DNA of 64,000 nt from Oligoflexia bacterium (GTDB lineage: Bacteria > Bdellovibrionota_C > UBA2361 > JBGSMV01), in NCBI GenBank assembly GCA_019694515.1, contig JAIBBU010000007.1, positions 6,573 through 70,572 of the forward strand, in the 5' to 3' direction. Under the pieces are notes generated by a model. It did no database searches. It saw only the letters and a program-made list of their open reading frames with translations, and was not told the DNA's origin. The translations under genes were made by a program, and so were the position numbers. Below, piece after piece: positions 1 to 8,709 of this stretch (positions are counted from its first letter, which is position 1; each line of letters opens with the position of its first letter).

Positions 1-213
1 ACCGTACTGCTCGTAACGCACAACATTCGGGAAGCGGTATGTCTTGGGGATCGGGTGGTATTGATGACCGGAAGCCCTGGGATCATTAAAGATCAGTTTG
101 AGATCGATATGCCTAGACCACGCGATATAAATAGTGTGAGCTTGGCGCAAACCGCTACTAACATCACTCACGCGCTCAAAGGGGCGCCAGCGGTATTCCA
201 GGGGATCTAGCCG
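1..213 (+). CDS. ABC transporter ATP-binding protein, C-terminal fragment (gene starts upstream of window)
   Basis: Frame 1 reads ...TVLLVTHNIREAVCLGDRVVLMTGSPGIIKDQF... to TAG at 211-213. The TH-x-x-x-EA...DR-VV-M motif is typical of the ABC ATPase C-terminal H-loop region. The stop lies 2 nt before the permease start. Confidence 0.55.
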
Positions 214-215
214 CT

Positions 216-986
216 ATGAATATGCGCCGCATAACCGTCTCACTGTTGTTCTTCCTGGTGCTGTTGGGTGGTTGGGAGGCGCTTGTTAGGTTCGAAATTA
301 TCGACGAGTTCTTATTCCCTGCCCCTACCCAGATCCTGAGTTATCTGATAGGTGCGCTCAAAGATCGATCGCTGATCTTCGCCTCGGGCATTACACTTAA
401 ACGTTTGATGATGGGGTATGCGGTGGGGCTTATTTGCGGACTGCCGCTCGGAATGTTGTGTGCGCGCTTTAAAGCCCTCGATGATACGCTGGGGCTGCTG
501 GCGCTAGGTTTTCAGACTTTGCCCAGCGTGTGTTGGGTACCGTTGGCGCTGCTCTGGTTCGGACAAAGCGAGGGGGCGATGCTATTCGTCGTTATCATGG
601 GCTGTCTCTGGTCGGTGTTGCTGGCTGCGAAGCATGGCGTGGAGCATGTACCCCCTCTGTTTCACCGGGTCGCTAGCACCATGGGCTCCTCCGGGTTGCA
701 TCAGGCGCTCTTCGTAACTCTACCCGCAGCCCTGCCTGGAATTTTGGGTGGGATGAAGCAGGGCTGGGCCTTTGCTTGGCGCTCTCTAATGGCGGCGGAG
801 ATATATGTCACTATTCTCACCGGTTTTGGACTGGGTCACCTGCTTCATTACGGCCGTGAGTTGCATGCCATGGATCAGGTCTTCGGTGTAATGCTGGTGA
901 TTATGCTGTGTGGCTATCTGGTGGACCGTGTGGTTTTTTCGCCTGCTGAACGCTACCTCCATCGGCGCTGGGGAACGGCCGCTTGA
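216..986 (+). CDS. ABC transporter permease, NitT/TauT (SsuC/TauC-like) family
   Basis: 256 aa multi-TM protein. The EAA-like region (GMKQGWAFAWRSLMAAEIY) and overall layout resemble binding-protein-dependent transport permeases. Tightly coupled to the upstream ATPase fragment. Confidence 0.8.
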   Translation: MNMRRITVSLLFFLVLLGGWEALVRFEIIDEFLFPAPTQILSYLIGALKDRSLIFASGITLKRLMMGYAVGLICGLPLGMLCARFKALDDTLGLLALGFQTLPSVCWVPLALLWFGQSEGAMLFVVIMGCLWSVLLAAKHGVEHVPPLFHRVASTMGSSGLHQALFVTLPAALPGILGGMKQGWAFAWRSLMAAEIYVTILTGFGLGHLLHYGRELHAMDQVFGVMLVIMLCGYLVDRVVFSPAERYLHRRWGTAA

Positions 987-1038
987 TTTTTTAAGCTAGG
1001 CTGTTGAAGATAACTGCACACCTTTTGGAGGAATTTAG

Positions 1039-1629
1039 ATGAAATCAAAACTACTTCTGATCGCTGCAGCCTTCTTGCTTCCGGCTTCCGCGTTTGCGGC
1101 GCATTACGCCATCGACCCTGATCACAGCAACGTAACCTTTAAGGTCAGGCATCTGGCAATTTCTTCGGTCTCGGGGCGGTTTGCGGAATTTTCCGGCTCG
1201 TTTGATTACGATCCGGCAAAAATCGAACAGTCAAAGACTGAAGCGCTGATCAAGACTGTCAGTATCGATACCCGTCAGAAGAAGCGAGACGATCATTTGC
1301 GTAGCCCCGACTTCTTCGATGCAGCGCAGTTTCCGGAGATTAAATTTGTCAGCAAGGGCATTAAAAAGGCCACTGCGGAGGGTTTCGAACTAAGCGGCGA
1401 TCTAACGATGCGGGGCGTAGTTAAGCCGGTCGTATTGAATGTGGAGTTTGGCGGCTTGGCCAAGGACCCCTTTGGAAATGAGCGCGCCGCTTTTACCGCA
1501 ACGACAAAGCTTAATCGCAAGGATTGGGGAGTAAGCTGGAGTAAGGTGCTGGATAGCGGAGCGCTGGTAGTTGGCGACGAGGTTTCAGTTACCTTGGAGA
1601 TCGAAGGGATTCAACAGACCGCGGGATAA
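1039..1629 (+). CDS. YceI-family periplasmic protein (signal peptide)
   Basis: Signal peptide, then HYAIDPDHSNVTFKVRHLAISSVSGRFAEFSG, the YceI signature. GGAGG ribosome-binding site 6 nt upstream. Confidence 0.85.
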   Translation: MKSKLLLIAAAFLLPASAFAAHYAIDPDHSNVTFKVRHLAISSVSGRFAEFSGSFDYDPAKIEQSKTEALIKTVSIDTRQKKRDDHLRSPDFFDAAQFPEIKFVSKGIKKATAEGFELSGDLTMRGVVKPVVLNVEFGGLAKDPFGNERAAFTATTKLNRKDWGVSWSKVLDSGALVVGDEVSVTLEIEGIQQTAG

Positions 1630-1657
1630 TACGCTGTCAGTCTTGATCTCGCCCCGC

Positions 1658-2053
1658 CTATTTTACAGTACTTATGAAATAGGCGGCGGCGCCCATTACT
1701 GCGCTAAAAAATAGGCAGTAAGGAATCCCTAAGACCATCAGGACGAACAGGAACAGATCCACCCGCGGCCGGATCACCGGCATTCCACCCCACAAGATCA
1801 ATGCAAAAGCTGCCGCACCTCCTACTATTGCGAGCGCCACCAGCCACGAGCGCCTGGCCCGTAAGAAGTAAATCGTTGCAATCGAACACAGCAGCGCCAG
1901 CAGCTGTCCTAGCACCGGAATAAAGATAGCGGTCATGATCAAAAACGGAGTGGAGATCAGCGAAAACAAGAGCCAGCCGACGGCCTCTCTTCGTTCTGCG
2001 GGTGCGAGCAGAAAGCTGCATCGTTCTGGAGAAAATATCGCGGGTCCACTCAT
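1658..2053 (-). CDS. ExoD-family membrane protein (exopolysaccharide synthesis)
   Basis: 131 aa with 3-4 TM segments. Size and hydrophobic layout fit ExoD-like proteins. Convergent with the YceI gene. Confidence 0.6.
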   Translation of the reverse strand: MSGPAIFSPERCSFLLAPAERREAVGWLLFSLISTPFLIMTAIFIPVLGQLLALLCSIATIYFLRARRSWLVALAIVGGAAAFALILWGGMPVIRPRVDLFLFVLMVLGIPYCLFFSAVMGAAAYFISTVK

Positions 2054-2207
2054 GCGGGCGTTATTGTAGTCCGGCTTTGCGCAGTTTGTAATGTTGAAAA
2101 TGCAGCTCCGGATAGAGGGGCCTCAATTAAACGGATTGTTAGAACGGCAACCCTCTGTTAGTTTCAAAATGCTGTATTGTAAAAAGTTGATTGGTTCAGA
2201 GGCCCCT

Positions 2208-3893
2208 ATGAAATTCGGTTTGCGACTAGCTATTAGTCTATGTGCTTTGCTTGGGTTAGCTCCGCTAGAACTCGCGGCCATAACGATCGATCACTTTAAC
2301 GACAATCAGTTCGTTCAAACCCCGCCCTCCCCAACGCAGGGCACCCTTACCCCTGTAACTGCCCTTGGCGGGAGCCGGAAGATCCAAGCTAATAAGACCG
2401 TGGGTATTGGTCGGGTGAGCGGGGAGGTGTTCCTTGATACCTCGGTTTCTCCCAGTGTCGGCGCTTACTTTCATTCCCAGGACGCCGGCGTGAGCGGTGA
2501 TACCACGCTGATTTATGATGGCACCGTGGGACCCAGTTTAGACGGCGATGGGCTCGGCGGAATAGATTTTACTCGCGATGGCGGGTCCGCTTTTCTGCTC
2601 AAGACTTTGAACTTCAATCCGCCCGATTCAGGCGGTGTTCAAGCTAAAATCACCGTCACAAAGGCTTCGAATCCGGCGACACAGGCAAGTGTAGTATTGG
2701 CCATTACCACCTCGGGCGATCTCCTATTTCCCTTTTCCGGGTTCTTAATCGGCGGAAACCCCGCTAATCCATTTCCTTTTGCTGAGGTCGGCTCGGTACA
2801 GCTTCAGATCATCGGAGGACCCGCAGCTGATCTGGCCATTGATTGGTTCGGCACTAATGGCCGCTGCGATCTGATTCCCCTATCCTCTACCCAGGTGATC
2901 GTGGATGAGTGCGGAGTGTGCGGCGGAGACAACTCCACCTGTAAAGACTGTCTCGGAATACCAAATGGCCCCGCCCTTCCCGGTACGGCCTGCCAAACCG
3001 GGGTCAATGGACCTCCCAACTGTTCGACGAGCAGCTGGCAGCAGGTCGGTATTGCCATCCCAATTCAATGTTCCTGTACGCCAGTGCCCCAGCCTGAGAT
3101 CTGTGATGAGCTGGATAACAACTGTAACGGGCAGATCGATGAGGCCTTCCCACTCAAGGGACAGACCTGTGGTATCGGCAGCAACGGTTGCACGGCAGAA
3201 GGGACATATATCTGCAGCGAGAACGGCGGACTTTTCTGTACTGCCGAAAATCTGCAGCCCGAGGTGGACGAGTGCGAGAATTCACGTGGCTGTGATGGGG
3301 TTCCATATAGCGGGCTGGTTTACGATCAGTGTGAAGTATGCGGAGGAAACGGCACCTCTTGTTTAGACTGCGCCGGAACTCCGAATGGCATCGCCACAGT
3401 GGATAGCTGCGGGGTCTGCCAAGGAGATGGATCCACCTGTATTAGCTGTGATGAGAAGGAGAACACCGAGCACCAGGCAGCCCTAGATGGCACCGCCAAG
3501 GCGCAAGAGAAAGTGATCAAACTCGTACTTACCCGTATGCAACGAGAGTTTGGAAAGAAGCCAGGGCTGCTGCCGATGATTGAGGCTTGGAGAGACGAGA
3601 CCCACCGTTTGCAGATTAGGAACTGGATCATCTCGTGGACCCTGCCGAACATTACGGTGCAGTGCGCCAATAAGACCCCGCAGTGTATCACCACCAGCAA
3701 TGAGCCGTTGCTGACCGAGTATCGCAAGCATGCCAAAGAGCTCCGGGAGATGATGGACACGGTGTTGGCCAAATACCGGCAGCTTCTACGCAAGCGCAAG
3801 TTCGGGGGAAATTACGCCAAGATGGCTGAGAAGCTCTATCAACAAGGGCTGACCCTTGCTAATAGCTTCGCTCTTACGCAGGACGACTGTTGA
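2208..3893 (+). CDS. Secreted cysteine-rich repeat protein (three D-x-C-G/E-V-C-G/Q-G-D/N-x-S/T-x-C repeats plus a MopE-like C-D-x-x-D-N-N-C-x-G-x-x-D-E motif)
   Basis: The ORF track starts at 2091, but the signal peptide MKFGLRLAISLCALLGLAPLELAA begins at the ATG at 2208. Repeats: DECGVCGGDNSTC, DQCEVCGGNGTSC, DSCGVCQGDGSTC. ICDELDNNCNGQIDEAF resembles the putative metal-binding (MopE-type) motif common in myxobacterial and planctomycete secreted proteins. Confidence 0.65.
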   Translation: MKFGLRLAISLCALLGLAPLELAAITIDHFNDNQFVQTPPSPTQGTLTPVTALGGSRKIQANKTVGIGRVSGEVFLDTSVSPSVGAYFHSQDAGVSGDTTLIYDGTVGPSLDGDGLGGIDFTRDGGSAFLLKTLNFNPPDSGGVQAKITVTKASNPATQASVVLAITTSGDLLFPFSGFLIGGNPANPFPFAEVGSVQLQIIGGPAADLAIDWFGTNGRCDLIPLSSTQVIVDECGVCGGDNSTCKDCLGIPNGPALPGTACQTGVNGPPNCSTSSWQQVGIAIPIQCSCTPVPQPEICDELDNNCNGQIDEAFPLKGQTCGIGSNGCTAEGTYICSENGGLFCTAENLQPEVDECENSRGCDGVPYSGLVYDQCEVCGGNGTSCLDCAGTPNGIATVDSCGVCQGDGSTCISCDEKENTEHQAALDGTAKAQEKVIKLVLTRMQREFGKKPGLLPMIEAWRDETHRLQIRNWIISWTLPNITVQCANKTPQCITTSNEPLLTEYRKHAKELREMMDTVLAKYRQLLRKRKFGGNYAKMAEKLYQQGLTLANSFALTQDDC

Positions 3894-4663
3894 TACTAGC
3901 CCGCAAAGCTTTGGTCCTTGCGGGCATTTTGATCGTCGTCGGCAGTCCGCATAGTGCGCTCCCGCAAAGTAGTGCTTCTAGCCATGAAGTGCGTTGTCCG
4001 CCATTTATTGCAGAGCGTGCCGGGGGCCTATTCTATCCAAAAAGGAACTATGCCTGTTTCCCCAGCGCTCGCGCTGCACGCAAGGCCGGGCTAGCGGGCC
4101 CGGCACTGGCGCAGAGCCTTCCCGACTATACCGGTTGGTGGCGATTGGGATTTAAGAAGGTTAGCGATAGTTGTAGCGGCAACCTGTCGAGCGATCTCGC
4201 ACGCACTACTATCTTCCTCGAGATACGCCAAGATTCGGCAGGGCTATATGGGACCCTCTGCCCCAATTCGGCGACCAACTACAGTGGAGTAGCGCCGCCA
4301 TTGAAGCCGGTCGAAGCGCAGCGGCAGGGTTTTTCCGTGTCTACTCGTATTATTACCAGCGGAGACACGGACTGCGCGGGCGGGGATGCCGAGACCGTTA
4401 ATACGGTAGAAGCGCGCAATTTCGATCAAAATTATCGGAATGCGCTAACGGCTAGGTTCATTTCAGTCAAGAGTTGTGTGGATCCCGGTCAGTCGAGCTT
4501 TCGGTGCGCACGGGTATACGAGGGGCAAGGGGGGCGCGAAACTCCTGACCATCGATTTTGGCCCGATGTCCCGACTCGATTAGAAGAGTTCAGTCCCGCT
4601 TGTCAAACCGCGCTTACCAAGTGCTCTGGCTGCCACGGCGAACTGCCCGGACCCTTGGGCTAA
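3890..4663 (+). CDS. Secreted hypothetical protein (TTG start, signal peptide, Cys-containing)
   Basis: No internal Met in the ORF. The TTG at 3890 overlaps the upstream stop (TTGA). N-terminus ILARKALVLAGILIVVGSPHSA is signal-peptide-like. Confidence 0.4.
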   Translation: MILARKALVLAGILIVVGSPHSALPQSSASSHEVRCPPFIAERAGGLFYPKRNYACFPSARAARKAGLAGPALAQSLPDYTGWWRLGFKKVSDSCSGNLSSDLARTTIFLEIRQDSAGLYGTLCPNSATNYSGVAPPLKPVEAQRQGFSVSTRIITSGDTDCAGGDAETVNTVEARNFDQNYRNALTARFISVKSCVDPGQSSFRCARVYEGQGGRETPDHRFWPDVPTRLEEFSPACQTALTKCSGCHGELPGPLG

Positions 4664-4670
4664 GGAATTG

Positions 4671-5036
4671 TTATGGCAGACTGGACTGCACGGTAATTTC
4701 GCGGTGGCAGCTTTCACAAACATCAGAGAAGTTCTGCGTATAGCGGCGTGCCATCACCCGGAAGGCAGCACCGCAGGCCGGGCAGGACCCCGCCCCCGAG
4801 AGAACCATTGCTGAAGAACCCGCCGGAATAAAAGCTGATACAACGGTAATTACTAGGAGGAGCGGTGTCACAATCAGATGCACGATCGGAATTAGGGCAC
4901 TAGCGGCAGTAATCAGCAGCAGCAGCATCGTCCGTTTGAAGCGTTTCTTTAACAGATCGGCTGCCGATAGGAACTGCAGCGTTAGTACACCTGGAGAGGT
5001 TGAATTCGAGTAGGTAAGGGTAGCAGGAACTTCCAT
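4671..5036 (-). CDS. Hypothetical membrane protein with C-terminal CxxC...CxxC zinc-ribbon-like motif
   Basis: 121 aa. Two TM helices, then CPACG...CESCH. Confidence 0.4.
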   Translation of the reverse strand: MEVPATLTYSNSTSPGVLTLQFLSAADLLKKRFKRTMLLLLITAASALIPIVHLIVTPLLLVITVVSAFIPAGSSAMVLSGAGSCPACGAAFRVMARRYTQNFSDVCESCHREITVQSSLP

Positions 5037-5207
5037 CAGATATTTTGCTGAAGGCTTTCAGCCTATTCCAATTATCGTGATACCACCAATTCAATTTACA
5101 TGTGCTGGTTACAGAGCGCTGTGGCTACATAGCGCTCTGATCTACAACATGATCTGGCTTTGGCTGTTGGTATAAGATACGACTTATTAGACAGGTAGGA
5201 AACACAT

Positions 5208-5810
5208 ATGAAGATCATGATCATTGCAGGGAGTCATCGGGAGAACTCGGAATCGGAACGGGTGGCGAGATACATTGAAGGACTGCTTAAAGGGGATCAG
5301 ATCGAGTCAGATCTCTTTTCGCTACAAGATAATCCGTTGCCGCTTTGGGAGGAGGGTGCGGTTAAGGGCGATCCCGATTGGAAAACGCTTTGGCAGCCAG
5401 TCAGCGCCAGAGCGCGCGCGGCTGAGGGATTCGTAATTGTTTCGCCTGAATGGAGCGGCATGGTGCCTGCCGGATTGAAAAATTTCTTTTTGTTGTGTAA
5501 CGCCAATGAACTGGCCCATAAACCTGCGCTGATCGTTACCGTTTCGTCTGGGCTGGGTGGATCGTATCCGGTGAGCGAGCTCCGCACTTCCAGCTACAAG
5601 AATACCCGGATCTGCTACCTCCCCGATCATGTGATTGTGCGCAATTGTAATTTAATGCTGAAAGGCGATAGCCCGGCCAACGATCACGACGCCAGTCTGC
5701 GGAAACGCCTCGCATACTGCGCTAAACTGCTAGTTCAATACACCAAGGCGCTTGCGCTCGTTCGTGAGAGCGGTGTGATTGACCTTAAGAATTTCCCCTT
5801 CGGACTTTAG
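5208..5810 (+). CDS. NAD(P)H-dependent FMN reductase (flavodoxin-like fold)
   Basis: MKIMIIAGSHRENSESERVARYI..., the typical NADPH-dependent FMN reductase N-terminus, at 200 aa. AGGTAGGA ribosome-binding site upstream. Confidence 0.8.
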   Translation: MKIMIIAGSHRENSESERVARYIEGLLKGDQIESDLFSLQDNPLPLWEEGAVKGDPDWKTLWQPVSARARAAEGFVIVSPEWSGMVPAGLKNFFLLCNANELAHKPALIVTVSSGLGGSYPVSELRTSSYKNTRICYLPDHVIVRNCNLMLKGDSPANDHDASLRKRLAYCAKLLVQYTKALALVRESGVIDLKNFPFGL

Positions 5811-5874
5811 ACAGATAGGCTACGCGCGGCTCTGTCATTGCTGTAGATGTTACATATTTCGAGGACAATAATTC

Positions 5875-5924
5875 TGTCATTGCGAACCCGAGCTTGGCGA
5901 GGGTGAAGCAAACCCTAACATTAG
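5875..5924 (+). repeat. Interspersed repeat unit, forward copy (core ctgtcattgcga(a/g)c ... gcaaaccctaacatta)
   Basis: Shares both conserved termini with the copies at 6049-6118, 42837-42871, 43020-43053 and 43186-43220. Confidence 0.7.
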
Positions 5925-6048
5925 GTCGATGTAGGCTTTGTCTCTAGATAATAGTAAAAGTTTCCTACGAGCAGTAGGACTACGGCTTTTGGCTGGAAAA
6001 TGTGCAGAAAATTCGCCTAACTTTTTCAGTCCAGAGACCATTACGACT

Positions 6049-6118
6049 TAATGTTAGGGTTTGCCCGCCTCCGCTCATGCTACGGCGTGACAGGCTTTCG
6101 CGCCGCTCGCAATGACAG
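6049..6118 (-). repeat. Interspersed repeat unit, inverted copy with expanded middle
   Basis: Its reverse complement reads ctgtcattgcgagc...gcaaaccctaacatta. It forms an inverted pair with 5875-5924 around a spacer of about 124 bp, so the whole looks like a roughly 245-bp MITE-like element. Confidence 0.7.
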
Positions 6119-6251
6119 ATCAAAGCGCCGTTGCAGGACCGTAACGCCCGCGATGACACCTTTAAGCATTGCGGTATTAGTTTGCATGAGCGCAATCATG
6201 CAGAACCCCCCAGTTAGCGCCGTATAGTACCTCCAAATCGATGGAGGCATA

Positions 6252-6524
6252 ATGAAGCACAAACAGTTTAGAATAACGACGATCTTTGCTCTAGGGCTGC
6301 TGGTAATAACACCAATGCTGAGCGGGTGCGCAGGTCATAAGACCACCACCGAAACGACTACTGAGGTGCGGCATGATCTGGACGCACCACCCTACGATGG
6401 CGGTACTACCGTTGAAACCACCAAGATCGAACAGGTGACAAAAGATGATAATCACAAAGGCTTCTTTGGCATCATCGGAGATATTTTAGCGCTGCCTTTT
6501 CGCGCGATCGGATCGATTCTTTAA
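6252..6524 (+). CDS. Small lipoprotein (signal peptide plus LSGC lipobox)
   Basis: MKHKQFRITTIFALGLLVITPMLSGC..., then a Thr/Glu-rich mature region. GGAGG ribosome-binding site 5 nt upstream. Confidence 0.6.
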   Translation: MKHKQFRITTIFALGLLVITPMLSGCAGHKTTTETTTEVRHDLDAPPYDGGTTVETTKIEQVTKDDNHKGFFGIIGDILALPFRAIGSIL

Positions 6525-7112
6525 TCGGCTAAAAACTAAAGCACGTCCGCGAGTGTCGTACGTTCGAGCCGCTCAGCGACTACTACGCGGAGCTCTTTCA
6601 GCAGGCTAATCATCTTCTTCTCTTTGGCAATCGGGGTTGGTTCGTAAAAATACTTGCTGGCCGACCGGGTAGAGGCTAGGGGACCCTATGGGGCTGTGCG
6701 CTGACCTCAGTAGAGCCGATTCCTCAATTCTAGGCGCGGTAGTAGCGCGAGGACTTGGGGCTTATGATCCGCTGAGGCTGGGGCTGCGTACGGTGCACTC
6801 CGGTAATCTAACTGCCGCAGACGGAACCGTGCAGCGGGACATTTACACTCTGGGGGTGCTTAGAAGGGGAGATCTATGGGAGAGCACCGCGGTGCGGGAG
6901 CTGCGATCGCAGGCACAACGGATCGCTTCAACTGTGGCTCATCGCATTGAACTTGAGCCACAGGAAGTTGCTTCGGGTCGCGAGTTAAGGATGGCTGCTT
7001 CGATGTCGTAATGCCGTAGCGAGTTGCCCCTCAATGCGAAATGCCCCACAGCAGCGTGGGCTAGGGTGCGTAGGTTGACTTCGGGAGTTGGAAGGGACCA
7101 ATTTTAGGTATT

Positions 7113-7598
7113 TTATTTCCAGAACTCCCACCAGCGCTTAGCACCGCCTAGCGCTGCAATTACTAATTCAGAGGTTTTATTGATATCGGACTGTGTCGGC
7201 CTTCCTCGATGGACCTCAAATTGAACCGAGCCTCCAGGGGGAAAAGTTCCCTGTTGAGCGGCCGCTGGATCAATCCCGTGTTTCCGGAGCAAGCTTTCCA
7301 CTCGTGCGGGAAGATCAAGTTCCGCGCCATTCGGGCGCACCGTCACTTTCAAAATGGGGGTATCGCGCCCCCCAATAAATTCGCGCAGCGAACCATCGTC
7401 AACCACAATTGGTTCCGCTCGAAAGGGCGTACCCTCTTTTGCGAATGCGGTGGCCCCCATTCCGTACGGGACAGGAGATAGATTTTCAGTGCAAAGAAGA
7501 TCGAACAACTCATCTCTGAAGTTCTTCACGGCCTCCGGCCTAGCAACAGCGCCACAACTGTTGGGTCCTGGAAAAGATTCGTTCATACGGCCACTCAT
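7113..7598 (-). CDS. Hypothetical protein (low confidence)
   Basis: 161-aa ORF with protein-like composition and no recognisable motif. It lies in a 2-kb stretch (6.5-8.7 kb) without strong coding signal. Confidence 0.3.
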   Translation of the reverse strand: MSGRMNESFPGPNSCGAVARPEAVKNFRDELFDLLCTENLSPVPYGMGATAFAKEGTPFRAEPIVVDDGSLREFIGGRDTPILKVTVRPNGAELDLPARVESLLRKHGIDPAAAQQGTFPPGGSVQFEVHRGRPTQSDINKTSELVIAALGGAKRWWEFWK

Positions 7599-7904
7599 AC
7601 TTCAGCTCCTTCTCTAAGTCCCCGGGTGGGGGAGACAATGGTTGATGAGCCAATAGTTTTGCGCGGATCGAGATGCGAATCAACAGATCGCATAGGGCGG
7701 GGGCCACCGTACTGCGAACAGTGCCGCGAGCGGCAGCCACCGCGGCTGGTTCACCCGATGAGGTTTGAATTTTAATATCGTATTGAAAATATTGGTCCTT
7801 GAGGGGGAGGTTGTAGATCTCCGCCCTTTGAAACAATTAGGTTGGCAGCGCGAATAGTTGGCATAGACCAAGCGGGTGATGCAGTGGACCAATCATCACC
7901 GGTC

Positions 7905-8333
7905 TTACTTTTGCTGCGAGCCAAATACGCCCAATAAGATGCCGGTTGCATATCGGCGCAGGTTCAGCAATCTCGACTCGTCTGCGGATCTCGTAGTGTT
8001 GATACGGGTGCGTAGCACCATTTCCTGGAATTCACTTAGGGCCCCGGAGTCATCCTCTTGCAGCAGACGCACGACCTCGCTTGCTGCAGAGTTGGCTAAT
8101 GCATGAAGCTGATCGCTTCGAGACATCCAATTCGCGACTCTTGTCGCCATCTTTCGTTCCATCTCTTCCGTCCCGCGGGCGGGGAATTGGCTATATGAAC
8201 TCTTCAAGAATCCGATGAAAATCGATACAGAAGTTGAAGCTGCCTCGGATAGGTCTCTAGATACTGCTTGTAGCATGGCGATAAGCTCCCCAAATAGCGG
8301 GCCCAAGCTGCGAGGAGGCCTCTTTGACGGCAA
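7905..8333 (-). CDS. Hypothetical protein (low confidence)
   Basis: 142-aa ORF with no recognisable domain. Confidence 0.3.
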   Translation of the reverse strand: MPSKRPPRSLGPLFGELIAMLQAVSRDLSEAASTSVSIFIGFLKSSYSQFPARGTEEMERKMATRVANWMSRSDQLHALANSAASEVVRLLQEDDSGALSEFQEMVLRTRINTTRSADESRLLNLRRYATGILLGVFGSQQK

Positions 8334-8709
8334 AAGAGTAACGTAATCACGGGTATTAAGCTAGGACGTCGGCTGGCCGGTCTGGACATCAGGGCCCTTC
8401 ATGAGTTCTCGTGAGCAAATGATATTTCTTTTCCTGAGTAATCTCGAACTCTTCATGATCAAATTCGATCCCGCAGTTCTTACCTGAGTTGTTTGGTAGG
8501 AGTCCTACTCCTTGCTGCGGGCTTAAATCAGCGATTGTGTCGGATTAGACACCTCCCGAGTTATCTGCTAGACTGAACTCAGGAAATAATTGTCCGACCC
8601 CAATCCAAGTCGATTACGCGTTCAAAGCGCGTCCAACACAGGGCAGATCGTAGCAAGGAATATCAGGTCGTTATTATTTTAGCTTTAATTAACTAAAAGG
8701 CCTGATCCT

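Noticed and set aside
1293-1520. 75-aa ORF antisense within the YceI gene
   Set aside because: Fully embedded in a strongly supported gene on the opposite strand. The product is Arg/Pro-rich and typical of GC-rich antisense frames.
1654-1686. 10-bp perfect hairpin (ccgcctattt...aaataggcgg) between convergent YceI and ExoD genes
   Set aside because: No U-tract on either side and it overlaps the ExoD stop. It may act as a bidirectional terminator, but the evidence is weak.
1704-2021. 105-aa alternative-frame ORF inside the ExoD gene
   Set aside because: Same locus as the ExoD ORF. The membrane-protein frame gives a coherent TM pattern; this frame gives an Arg/Ala-rich artefact.
2804-3799. Several ORFs (84-157 aa, both strands) inside the Cys-rich protein gene
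   Set aside because: Embedded in the long, repeat-containing secreted-protein ORF. No ribosome-binding sites or domains.
6688-7011. 107-aa plus-strand ORF
   Set aside because: Arg/Leu/Gly-rich, no ribosome-binding site, no domain. Looks like a GC-frame artefact.
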